Shown: positions 1 to 9,524 of the stretch, piece after piece
How positions within the stretch are numbered: the first letter of the stretch is position 1
Layout of the letters: each line of letters opens with the position of its first letter
From: Desulfosporosinus meridiei DSM 13257
GTDB taxonomy: Bacteria > Bacillota > Desulfitobacteriia > Desulfitobacteriales > Desulfitobacteriaceae
Direction: 5' to 3'
Length of the DNA: 32,000 nt
Assembly: GCF_000231385.2 (NCBI RefSeq)
Contig: NC_018515.1
Location: forward strand, 4,829,624-4,861,623
The notes under the pieces: generated by a model
The model's input: only the letters and a program-made list of their open reading frames with translations
Database searches by the model: none
What the model was told of the DNA's origin: nothing
Translations under genes and position numbers: made by a program

Positions 1-114
1 TAATTCATCCACAATAACTGACAATTCATTTTCTAGTATTTCTAAAAATGTTAACTTAATTCAATAGCATTTGCAATCTATAACTCTTAGACAACCTTCA
101 CAAATAATAAATAA

Positions 115-146
115 ACAAAAAAAGTCCTGATATTTCCTCGCAGGAA
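115..146 (-). terminator. Rho-independent terminator candidate downstream of the tRNA-Glu/tRNA-Phe unit
   Basis: On the minus strand, UCCUG (129-125) pairs with CAGGA (145-141), followed by a U7 run (complement of the A run at 117-123). An alternative 6-bp UUUCCU/AGGAAA hairpin overlaps it. Confidence 0.5.
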
Positions 147-206
147 ATTTACAGAACCTTAGGTTTCTCTCTATAATTATGACCTTAACTAACTACATCC
201 AAATGA

Positions 207-282
<76 letters not shown>

Positions 283-290
283 AAACAAAT

Positions 291-366
291 TGGTGACCCG
301 TACGGGATTCGAACCCGTGTAACCGCCGTGAAAGGGCGGTGTCTTAGACCGCTTGACCAACGGGCC
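291..366 (-). tRNA. tRNA-Glu (anticodon UUC), CCA encoded
   Basis: The reverse complement reads GGCCCGUUGGUCAAGCGGUCUAAGACACCGCCCUUUCACGGCGGUUACACGGGUUCGAAUCCCGUACGGGUCACCA. The anticodon stem-loop is CCGCC-CUUUCAC-GGCGG. Confidence 0.95.
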
Positions 367-408
367 ATTATAGTTTGTGAGGCATTTAAAAGGCGCTCAC
401 AAATATGA

Positions 409-437
409 ATATTACACTAAGTATCTACTTTTGTCAA
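409..437 (-). promoter_or_regulatory. Sigma-A type promoter for the tRNA-Glu/tRNA-Phe unit
   Basis: On the minus strand, TTGACA (437-432), a 17-nt spacer and TAATAT (414-409). An 8-bp leader hairpin TTTGTGAG/CTCACAAA (374-403) lies between the -10 and the tRNA 5' end. Confidence 0.6.
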
Positions 438-657
438 CACTAATTCTTTAATTCTTATAGTTTATTTGGCAAATTTCTTACGCTTAGAAAAGCCTCTTTA
501 TTTTAAAGATAAAACTATCAAATTTATTATACCTTTATAGGTTTTCGCACTACCAATTTAAGGAGTCTCTTACATTTAAGAGGGTTTATATCATTTTGGT
601 AATGATTAAAAACAACCACATTGAGAATAAAGAAATGCAAACTTCAAGTCTACAGGA

Positions 658-688
658 CGCCCCCACTATAGATTATAGAATGGGGGCG
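658..688 (-). other. GC-rich hairpin 3' of MCP copy 1, with no U tract
   Basis: CGCCCCCA (658-665) pairs with TGGGGGCG (681-688), with an inner CTATA/TATAG stem. Neither strand has a T run after the stem, so it is not a canonical intrinsic terminator. Confidence 0.35.
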
Positions 689-731
689 CTAAAAGGCTAG
701 GCCGTCTTATAACTCATTTCACTGAAACTTA

Positions 732-2501
732 TTAGTCTACACTAAATTTCTTTAAAGTTTCCTGCAACTCTTCCGCCATATTAGCCAACACCTGGCTGGA
801 AGAGGCAATTTCCTCCACCGAGGCTGATTGTTCCTCTGTGGCTGCCGATACGGTTTGGGTCTGTCCCGTAATTTCTTTACTCGTCTCATAGATCTCCGAA
901 ACCGAGGCGACTATTCTTTCACTGCCTACAGCCATTTGTTGAATTTCTTCAGAGATTTCTTCAATCTGAGCGGTTACGACATTAATTAAACCCGTTATTT
1001 CGCTAAATGCTTGTCCTGCAGTTTCTGCTACCTCTGTTCCCAATTTGACTTGATGGGTTCCTTCACTAATCGATAACACAGCCTTTTGTGTATCTTGCTG
1101 GATACCCGTAATTAGTGTCGCAATTTGCTTTGAGGCTTCTTGAGATTGTTCTGCTAGCTTTCTTACCTCGTCTGCAACCACCGCAAAACCACGGCCCTGT
1201 TCGCCCGCTCGTGCTGCTTCAATGGCTGCATTCAAGGCCAGAAGATTGGTCTGGGCAGCGATACCGGAAATGGTATCAACAATTTGTCCGATCTCCTTAG
1301 AACGCTCTCCTAAGTTCGTAACCATATCGGCTGATCCGGTAACCGTTCTTTCAATGTTCATCATTTGTTGTATCGTCTTATCGATCGCCTGACTTCCTTC
1401 AGACGCTGAGTGTGCAGTCCTTTCCGATGACTTTACCACTGTTTTCGCATTCTCCAACATATGCTGGATTCCTGCTGACATCTCTTCGACGCTTGCTGAT
1501 GTCTCATTGACGGCAGTCAGCTGTTTCTCAGCACCTAAAGATACCTCCGTTATGGCTACCGCCACTTGGTGCGACGCTTGAGCAGATTGCTCCGCTCCCA
1601 GACTCAACTGCTGAGATGAGGCAGCAACTTGCTTGGAAGACGATGATATATGGTCAACCAGCTCGATTAAGTTTTCCGTCATTGTTTTAAAGGCTTTGCC
1701 CAGTTGACCTAACTCATCTTTAGAATTAATACTAAGATTCTCAACCTTGAGGTTTCCTTTGGCAATTTCATCAGCATTTTTTGCTATTGCTACAATATTA
1801 TTTGTGATCTTCTTACTTAACATAGTCCCTAGAACGAGCGATATTCCTATAGCAACGAGCATGGATACTAGCGTAAAAATTATATCTCGTTTAGCCTTTT
1901 GTTCCAATTCAAGTTGTTTGACTTCAACAAGTTTATCAATATTATCTACCCAATTCCCAGTCCCGATTACCCAATTATAGGGTTCAAATAGCAAGGTGTA
2001 ACTTCTCTTTGGCAAAGGCTCTGTTTCATTCGGCTTAGCAAATGTATAATCTGTATAACCACCACTAACTTGAGTTCCATTCTTTATGAACTCCTGAACA
2101 AAGGATACTCCGGCGCTATCTTTGGCTTCATAGCGGGATTTACCTTCAGTATCTCTTCCCAGCAGAACAACGTTTATCCCCTCTGTGGTATCCACCCAAA
2201 AATAATTTTCTCCATCAAAGCGCAAATTTCTTACTAAATCCGCCGCTTTCTTTTTCGCTTCTTCTGGAGTCAGTTCTCCCTTTTGCTGACTATTATAAAC
2301 ATCCTGTACTAGGCTGTGGGCAGTCTGTACCTGAAGCATAATCGTCCGATCGAATTGATCGTACAAGGTAGTTCGATACTGTTCAAGATTAGCTTTTTCC
2401 GCAACTAGTAAATTATAAATGCTGTACCCGCCGAGAATGGAACCCATTATTAGGGCCAATGTTACTAACATAAGAATAATTCGGTATTTAATCTTTGTCA
2501 T
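732..2501 (-). CDS. Methyl-accepting chemotaxis protein, copy 1 (sCache_2-type periplasmic sensor, HAMP, MA signalling domain)
   Basis: 589-aa ORF. It has an N-terminal TM helix and the Cache-like pattern YFWVDT..G..V......EGK...D..G..F......GG...Y.F.KP......PK.SY...FEPYNWVIGTGNW. A second TM helix and a HAMP domain follow, then the highly conserved MCP hairpin tip motif IAAQTNLLALNAAIEAARAGEQGRGFAVVADEVRKLAEQS. RBS GAAGGGGA lies upstream. Confidence 0.95.
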   Translation of the reverse strand: MTKIKYRIILMLVTLALIMGSILGGYSIYNLLVAEKANLEQYRTTLYDQFDRTIMLQVQTAHSLVQDVYNSQQKGELTPEEAKKKAADLVRNLRFDGENYFWVDTTEGINVVLLGRDTEGKSRYEAKDSAGVSFVQEFIKNGTQVSGGYTDYTFAKPNETEPLPKRSYTLLFEPYNWVIGTGNWVDNIDKLVEVKQLELEQKAKRDIIFTLVSMLVAIGISLVLGTMLSKKITNNIVAIAKNADEIAKGNLKVENLSINSKDELGQLGKAFKTMTENLIELVDHISSSSKQVAASSQQLSLGAEQSAQASHQVAVAITEVSLGAEKQLTAVNETSASVEEMSAGIQHMLENAKTVVKSSERTAHSASEGSQAIDKTIQQMMNIERTVTGSADMVTNLGERSKEIGQIVDTISGIAAQTNLLALNAAIEAARAGEQGRGFAVVADEVRKLAEQSQEASKQIATLITGIQQDTQKAVLSISEGTHQVKLGTEVAETAGQAFSEITGLINVVTAQIEEISEEIQQMAVGSERIVASVSEIYETSKEITGQTQTVSAATEEQSASVEEIASSSQVLANMAEELQETLKKFSVD

Positions 2502-2547
2502 CTCTATATATCCCCTTCATCCAAATAATTTGAGTCCATTACCTAAT

Positions 2548-2680
2548 AAAAGAAAAAACCGCCCCCTTTAGACAAGGCGCGTTATAATCCTAATTGGTAA
2601 CTCGGCCATCTTTACCCCTAAGAGTGGAAGATCCGTAGCTTTGCGTCCTGAGCTTTCGCTCAGTTTGCCTTGTCAATAAC
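2548..2680 (-). promoter_or_regulatory. c-di-GMP-I (GEMM-I) riboswitch with terminator-like expression platform, in the leader of MCP copy 1
   Basis: The minus-strand RNA reads GACAAGGCAAACUGAGCGAAAGCUCAGGACGCAAAGCUACGGAUCUUCCACUCUUAGGGGUAAAGAUGGCCGAGUUACC. It contains the GEMM-I hallmarks: GGCAAAC, a hairpin capped by a GAAA tetraloop, GACGCAAAGC, a second hairpin (CGGAUCUU...AAGAUGGCCG) and a 3' UUACC. Downstream, a CGCCUU/GGGGCG stem (2579-2574 / 2565-2560) is followed by U6. Confidence 0.8.
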
Positions 2681-2755
2681 TTTATATCTTTATATAATTT
2701 TAAAAAATCTTCTTCATATTTGCTTTTATTTGACTATAACATACAAAAAGTAAAT

Positions 2756-2784
2756 ATTATATATATTTTTTCAATTTTCATCAA
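2756..2784 (-). promoter_or_regulatory. Candidate sigma-A promoter for the riboswitch-MCP1 transcript
   Basis: On the minus strand, TTGATG (2784-2779), a 17-nt spacer and TATAAT (2761-2756). The region is very AT-rich, so alternative hexamers exist. Confidence 0.35.
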
Positions 2785-2844
2785 ATTTCTGTTTCCTTTT
2801 ACGTTCCAACCTTTGCTTTAACTATAATTAGACTAATATATAAC

Positions 2845-2885
2845 AAAAAAAGACAGAGACCCCATTTAGTCCCTGTCCTTTTTTG
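2845..2885 (-). terminator. Rho-independent terminator downstream of tRNA-Lys (bidirectional-looking)
   Basis: On the minus strand, GACAGGGAC/GUCUCUGUC forms a 9-bp stem (2877-2869 / 2860-2852) followed by U7. An A run and a T run flank the hairpin on both sides. Confidence 0.65.
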
Positions 2886-2945
2886 AGCGCTATTTTAGGG
2901 TTGTAACCCTTTCGAATACCTTCTTGATACACTTAAACAATTATT

Positions 2946-3021
2946 TGGTGAGCCATCCGCGACTCGAACGCGGGACACCCTGATTAAAAGTCAGGTGCTC
3001 TACCGACTGAGCTAATGGCTC
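2946..3021 (-). tRNA. tRNA-Lys (anticodon UUU), CCA encoded
   Basis: The reverse complement reads GAGCCAUUAGCUCAGUCGGUAGAGCACCUGACUUUUAAUCAGGGUGUCCCGCGUUCGAGUCGCGGAUGGCUCACCA. The anticodon stem-loop is CCUGA-CUUUUAA-UCAGG. Confidence 0.95.
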
Positions 3022-3042
3022 GTATTGGTACCACGAGTTATT

Positions 3043-3071
3043 ATTCTACACGAAATTACTAAATGTGTCAA
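3043..3071 (-). promoter_or_regulatory. Sigma-A type promoter for tRNA-Lys
   Basis: On the minus strand, TTGACA (3071-3066), a 17-nt spacer and TAGAAT (3048-3043), about 20 nt upstream of the tRNA 5' end. Confidence 0.6.
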
Positions 3072-3130
3072 GATATTTTTGTCATTATAGGTATAGGTTT
3101 TCTATAAAACAACATAGAACATGGACAATG

Positions 3131-4897
3131 CTATATCGTGAATTTCTTCAAAGTTTCTTGCAACTCTTCCGCCATATTAGCCAACACCTGGCTGGAAGAG
3201 GCAATTTCCTCCACCGAGGCTGATTGTTCCTCTGTGGCTGCCGATACGGTTTGGGTCTGTCCCGTGATTTCTTTACTCGTCTCATAGATCTCCGAAACCG
3301 AGGCGACTATTCTTTCACTGCCTACAGCCATTTGTTGAATCTCTTCAGAGATTTCTTCAATCTGAGCGGTTACGACATTAATTGAACCCGTTATTTCACT
3401 AAATGCTTGTCCTGCGGTTTCTGCTACCTCAGTTCCCAATTTGACTTGATGGGTACCTTCACTGATCGATAACACAGCCTTTTGTGTATCTTGCTGAATA
3501 CCCGTAATTAGTGTCGCAATTTGCTTTGAGGCTTCTTGAGATTGTTCTGCTAGCTTTCTTACCTCGTCTGCAACCACCGCAAAACCACGGCCCTGTTCGC
3601 CCGCTCGTGCTGCTTCAATGGCTGCATTCAAGGCGAGAAGATTGGTCTGGGCAGCGATACCGGAAATGGTATCAACAATTTGTCCGATCTCCTTGGAACG
3701 CTCCCCTAAGTTCGTAACCATATCGGCTGATCCTGTGACCGTTCTTTCAATGTTCATCATTTGCTGAATCGTCTTATCGATCGCCTGACTTCCTTCAGAC
3801 GCTGAGTGTGCAGTCCTTTCCGATGACTTTACCACTGTTTTCGCATTCTCCAACATATGTTGGATTCCTGCTGACATTTCTTCGACGCTTGCTGATGTCT
3901 CATTGACGGCAGTCAGCTGTTTCTCTGCCCCTAAGGATACCTCCGTTATGGCTACCGCCACTTGGTGCGAGGCTTGAGCAGATTGCTCCGCTCCCAGACT
4001 CAATTGCTGAGATGAGGCAGCAACTTGCTTGGAAGACGATGATATATGGTCAACCAGCTCGATTAAGTTTTCCGTCATTGTTTTAAAGGCTTTGCCTAGT
4101 TGACCTAACTCATCCTTAGAATTAATACTAAGGTTCTCAACCTTAAGGTTTCCCTTGGCAATTTCATCAGCATTTCGGGCTATTGCTACGATATTATTTG
4201 TAATCTTCTTACTTAACATAGTCCCTAGAATTAGTGATATTCCTATAGCAACGAACATGGATACTAACGTAAAAATTATGTCTCGTTTACCCATTTTTTC
4301 TAATTCAAGTTGTTTAGCTTCAACAAGTTTATCAATATTATCTACCCAATTCCCAGTCCCGATTACCCAATTGTAAGGTTCAAATACCAAGGTATAACTT
4401 CTTTTTGGCGAAGGTTCTGTTTCATTAGGCTTAGGAAAACTATAAGCGGTAAAGCCCCCGCCATCCTGAGTTCCCTTAGCAATCATCTCTTGGATAAACA
4501 AATTTCCTGAGCTATCTTTAGACTCATAGCGAGATTTACCTTCAGTATCTCTCCCCAGCAGAACAACGTTAATCCCCTCAGTGGTATCAATCCAAAAGTA
4601 ATTGCCATCATCAAAGCTCAAATTTCTTACTAAATCTGCCGCTTTCTTCTTTGCTTCTTCCGGAGTCAATTCTCCTCTTTGCTGGCTATTGTAAACATCC
4701 TGTACTAGGCTGTGAGCAGTCTGTACCTGTAGCATAATCGTCCGGTCGAATTGATCGTACAGGGTAGTTCGATACTGTTCAAGATTAGCCTTTTCCGCAA
4801 CTATTAAATTATAAATGCTGTACCCGCCGAGAATAGAACCCATAATAAGGGCTAATGTTATTAACATAAGAATAATCCGGTACTTGATTTTTGTCAT
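3131..4897 (-). CDS. Methyl-accepting chemotaxis protein, copy 2 (sCache_2 sensor, HAMP, MA domain)
   Basis: 588-aa ORF collinear with copy 1. From about residue 244 to near the C-terminus the supplied translations differ at a single residue (ITGLINV vs ITGSINV). The leader (4898-5346) contains no GEMM-like sequence. Confidence 0.95.
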   Translation of the reverse strand: MTKIKYRIILMLITLALIMGSILGGYSIYNLIVAEKANLEQYRTTLYDQFDRTIMLQVQTAHSLVQDVYNSQQRGELTPEEAKKKAADLVRNLSFDDGNYFWIDTTEGINVVLLGRDTEGKSRYESKDSSGNLFIQEMIAKGTQDGGGFTAYSFPKPNETEPSPKRSYTLVFEPYNWVIGTGNWVDNIDKLVEAKQLELEKMGKRDIIFTLVSMFVAIGISLILGTMLSKKITNNIVAIARNADEIAKGNLKVENLSINSKDELGQLGKAFKTMTENLIELVDHISSSSKQVAASSQQLSLGAEQSAQASHQVAVAITEVSLGAEKQLTAVNETSASVEEMSAGIQHMLENAKTVVKSSERTAHSASEGSQAIDKTIQQMMNIERTVTGSADMVTNLGERSKEIGQIVDTISGIAAQTNLLALNAAIEAARAGEQGRGFAVVADEVRKLAEQSQEASKQIATLITGIQQDTQKAVLSISEGTHQVKLGTEVAETAGQAFSEITGSINVVTAQIEEISEEIQQMAVGSERIVASVSEIYETSKEITGQTQTVSAATEEQSASVEEIASSSQVLANMAEELQETLKKFTI

Positions 4898-5267
4898 TTC
4901 TGTATGTCCCCTTCTGTCAAATACTTATTAGCTGCAGAGCATGACAAAACCTAACCAAGGCTACATATACAACTGTAACTTAACTTACATAACTGAACTA
5001 AAACTAGTCATCTCAGTGTTCTATGCAATGTAGAGATTTCGATTAGTGTCATATTTCTCTTATGAATATACCACATTAAGTACCAATATTATATACACAT
5101 CGCCAAATTAATCCTATTTTCGACACTCTTTAACTCTTTCCTTAATTTCAAATATTTAACGTTTTCTTAACCCCTTAACATTTACTTTGATTCTAAAAAT
5201 TTCTTATACTTGGTTAAATCTTCATTTTCTCTGCGCTCCAGACAAAGCAGTTAAAAGCATCCATACT

Positions 5268-5305
5268 AAAATAACAAAAAGAGAAGCATATCAATGATAC
5301 GCTTC
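5268..5305 (-). terminator. Rho-independent terminator after purA
   Basis: On the minus strand, GAAGCGUAUC/GAUAUGCUUC forms a 10-bp stem (5305-5296 / 5292-5283) with a 3-nt loop, followed by UCUUUUUGUUAUUUU. Confidence 0.75.
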
Positions 5306-5346
5306 CCTTTTGTAATTTGTATTATAAAATTGAGCCAGTAGTATTC

Positions 5347-6657
<1,311 letters not shown>

Positions 6658-7959
6658 CTAATCTTCTAATCCTAGTCGCTTAAAGATATCCTCCACGTGA
6701 CGCAGATGATAGCCCAAATCAAATAAGCCTTGAATCTCCACTTTTGTCAAATAGTTTAAAACCCGACTATCCTCAGATACCACATCTATAAAATCCAGCC
6801 CTTGATCCCAGGCATGAAAAGCATTTTGTTGAACCCAAGCGTAGGCCTCTTCTCTCATACATCCATGTTCAACAAGTGCCAAAAGTACCCGTTGAGATGA
6901 TGTCAATCCATAGGTCTTCTGGAGATTCTTCTTCATCTGATCATCACGAATTTTGAGTCCAGAAATAACCTTGCTCATCTGGCGAAGCATATGATCCAGC
7001 AGAATACAACTGTCCGGGAGAATGATCCGCTCCACGGAAGAATGAGTCATATCCCTCTCATGCCAAAGGGAAATATTTTCCATTGCTGCTAAAGCATTTC
7101 CTCTTAACAGCCTCGACATTCCGGACACTTGCTCGCAAATGATCGGATTACGCTTATGGGGCATTGCAGAAGAGCCCTTTTGACCTTCTGCAAAGGGTTC
7201 TTCAACTTCTAGGATATCGGTACGTTGCAGGTTTCGGATTTCTGTGGCTATTTTTTCGATAGAGCCGCCAATCAGGGCTAAGGTAGTGACAAAATGGGCG
7301 TGTCTATCTCTTTGCAATATTTGATTACTTACCAAAGCATTTCCTAACTGCAGTTCCTGACATACAGCCTCTTCTATTTCTGGAGACACGTTAGCATAGG
7401 TTCCAACAGCGCCTGAAATTTTTCCCGCACTAACTGATTCTATAGCTTGGTCAAGACGTTCGCTTTGACGGTCAATCTCGGCAATCCATAAGGCTAGCTT
7501 CAAACCAAAGGTAAGGGGTTCCGCATGAATACCATGTGTCCGCCCGACCATTACTGTATACTTACTCTCCAGCGCTCGCTTAGCCAAAGCATCTCGTAAC
7601 TCTTTTAAGTCCTTCTTAAGCAACAGTCCCGAATCTCTTAAGACAAGGCTTAATGCTGTGTCTTTAACATCAGAAGAGGTCAAGCCAAGGTGCAAATATT
7701 TCCCCGACTCCCCTATTTCCTCTACCACGGCTTGCAAAAAAGCAATTAGGTCATGGCGCACGATAGCTTCAATTTCTAAAACCCTTTTCGGATTAACTTT
7801 GGCCTTTTCCCGAATTTCCTTCATAGCTTCTTGAGGGATTTCTCCCCGCTTAGCCATAACCTCGGCGACCGCTAATTCAACTTGCAGCCAGCGGTCATAT
7901 TCATATCCGTCCTGCCACAGTTTTCCCATTTCCTGATGCGTATATCGATCGAGCAACAA
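6658..7959 (-). CDS. purB: Adenylosuccinate lyase
   Basis: 433 aa. It carries the fumarate-lyase superfamily signature GSSAMPHKRNP and a PurB-like N-terminus (RYTHQEMGKLW). The apparent start is TTG, with GGGGG upstream. Confidence 0.93.
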   Translation of the reverse strand: MLLDRYTHQEMGKLWQDGYEYDRWLQVELAVAEVMAKRGEIPQEAMKEIREKAKVNPKRVLEIEAIVRHDLIAFLQAVVEEIGESGKYLHLGLTSSDVKDTALSLVLRDSGLLLKKDLKELRDALAKRALESKYTVMVGRTHGIHAEPLTFGLKLALWIAEIDRQSERLDQAIESVSAGKISGAVGTYANVSPEIEEAVCQELQLGNALVSNQILQRDRHAHFVTTLALIGGSIEKIATEIRNLQRTDILEVEEPFAEGQKGSSAMPHKRNPIICEQVSGMSRLLRGNALAAMENISLWHERDMTHSSVERIILPDSCILLDHMLRQMSKVISGLKIRDDQMKKNLQKTYGLTSSQRVLLALVEHGCMREEAYAWVQQNAFHAWDQGLDFIDVVSEDSRVLNYLTKVEIQGLFDLGYHLRHVEDIFKRLGLED

Positions 7960-8013
7960 ACTTCGCCCCCAGTCATTCTTAACCCCTTAGTTGATCTAAA
8001 TTGTTATTATTAA

Positions 8014-9426
8014 TTATTCTTTAGCGACAATATCTCTGGCAACAACAATCCCTGTAGCCGAAGCCTGCATTAACCCTCGGGTTATTCCTGCTCCATCTCC
8101 TATAGCGTATAACCTAGGTATGGTTGTTTCAAAATTTGGCGCAACTTTAACTTTAGATGAGTAGAATTTAACCTCTACCCCGTATAATAGTGTGTTTTTG
8201 GAATACATACCAGGTGCAATTTTATCAAAGGCTTTCAACGTCTCAATAAGAGAGGTCAAGTAGCGTTCAGGGAGTACATAACTTAGGTCTCCCGGAACAG
8301 CTGAACGAAGAGTTGGAACCGTTGTAGACTTTCGTAAGCGTTCCTCTGTTGTACGTCTCCCTTGTAAAAGATCTCCTAAGCGCTGAACCATTACACCTCC
8401 GCCAGTCAGCATATTAGCCAACCGGGCGATATATCGTCCATATTCTATGGGTTGGTTAAAGGGCTCAGTGAAACGAGTAGATACTAATAAGGCAAAATTC
8501 GTATTCTTGGTTTTTTTAGTCGGATCGGCATAACTATGTCCGTTTACAACCGCAATATCCCCATCATAGTGCTCTTCTGAGACTACACCGCCAGGATTGA
8601 CACAAAAGCTCCGCGTCTTCAAATCATAGGTATCTGAATAATACACTAGCTTAGGTTCATATAGTTCACGTGTTAAATGATCAATTATAGAGTTAGGAAC
8701 CTCGACACGGACACCTATATCCACCTCATTGTTTTCTGTTACGACACCCAATCGAACTGTCTGATCAGCAAGCCAATTCGCTCCGCCCCGGCCAGGGGCA
8801 GCAACCACATAGCGGGCATACACTTCATCAAGTTCTTCTTCACTTCGACGTTGAATAACAGCACCTATAGCACCTTCCGAGTCGGCAAGGATATTCTTTA
8901 CCTCAGCAAGTTCCCAAAAAATCGTATTGGTCTTTTGCATGAGATGCTCATACATACCTTTCAGGACATCGTAAGCCAGTTCTGTTCCTAAATGTCGAAC
9001 AGGGCAATGAATCAGGGCAATATTGTGACGGGATGCCTCATACTCAATCTCTTCAACCCGACGGTTATCTAAGCCATACACTGTTTCTTGAGCTCCGAAA
9101 TGTCTGTAGATAGAATCGGCATAATCAATTAAATCCTGAGCTTGATCTTCTCTCATATATTCAACTAAACGACCGCCTACTGCAGGACTTAGAGACAACT
9201 TTCCATCACTGAAAGCTCCTGCGCCCGACCACCCTCTAGTGATAGCACAGGGATTACAGCCTCCGCAAACTCCTGTAGTACGCGCAGGACACTTGCGCTT
9301 TTCAATACTTCGCCCATTATCAACAATTAGAATTTTCAGATCTTTATTATGCTTCGTTAACTCTAAGGCCGTAAAAATTCCGGCCGGACCGGCTCCGATA
9401 ATTAAGACATCAACATTATGTTTCAA
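8014..9426 (-). CDS. Uncharacterised FAD-dependent oxidoreductase (COG2509-like), with a Cys-rich insert
   Basis: 470 aa. It has an N-terminal dinucleotide-binding motif VLIIGAGPAG, a C-terminal YAIGDGAG motif and a CX8CX2CX2C cluster (KCPARTTGVCGGCNPCA). The start is TTG, preceded by AGGAGGG. Its stop is only 54 nt from the purB start. Confidence 0.75.
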   Translation of the reverse strand: MKHNVDVLIIGAGPAGIFTALELTKHNKDLKILIVDNGRSIEKRKCPARTTGVCGGCNPCAITRGWSGAGAFSDGKLSLSPAVGGRLVEYMREDQAQDLIDYADSIYRHFGAQETVYGLDNRRVEEIEYEASRHNIALIHCPVRHLGTELAYDVLKGMYEHLMQKTNTIFWELAEVKNILADSEGAIGAVIQRRSEEELDEVYARYVVAAPGRGGANWLADQTVRLGVVTENNEVDIGVRVEVPNSIIDHLTRELYEPKLVYYSDTYDLKTRSFCVNPGGVVSEEHYDGDIAVVNGHSYADPTKKTKNTNFALLVSTRFTEPFNQPIEYGRYIARLANMLTGGGVMVQRLGDLLQGRRTTEERLRKSTTVPTLRSAVPGDLSYVLPERYLTSLIETLKAFDKIAPGMYSKNTLLYGVEVKFYSSKVKVAPNFETTIPRLYAIGDGAGITRGLMQASATGIVVARDIVAKE

Positions 9427-9491
9427 TGGTTTTCCCTCCTAAGAGCCGTTAATTTTTAGATTCATAAATAACCACATTCGCAAACAATTTT

Positions 9492-9520
9492 ATCTTAACA
9501 ATCCAGCCTCTCATTGTCAA
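9492..9520 (-). promoter_or_regulatory. Sigma-A promoter for the flavoprotein-purB-purA unit
   Basis: On the minus strand, TTGACA (9520-9515), a 17-nt spacer and TAAGAT (9497-9492). Confidence 0.55.
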
Positions 9521-9524
9521 TCCA

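Larger units (their letters stand above)
732..4921. repeat. Tandem direct duplication of the MCP gene (period 2396 bp), with unrelated spacer between the copies
   Basis: Copy 1 is 732-2525 and copy 2 is 3131-4921. The start codons are offset by exactly 2396 bp (2501 vs 4897). Similarity covers the CDS plus about 20 nt of RBS region and stops at the stop codons. The 3' ends differ (KKFSVD vs KKFTI). Confidence 0.9.

Noticed and set aside
732-4921. The MCP duplication as a mobile element or IS-mediated event
   Set aside because: There is no transposase, terminal inverted repeat or target-site duplication. The homology is confined to the CDS plus RBS.
2681-5346. Sigma-D (sigma-28, TAAA-N15-GCCGATAT) promoters upstream of the two MCP genes
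   Set aside because: The only weak resemblance is GGCGATGT in the copy 2 leader, without a properly spaced TAAA. Nothing comparable lies upstream of copy 1.
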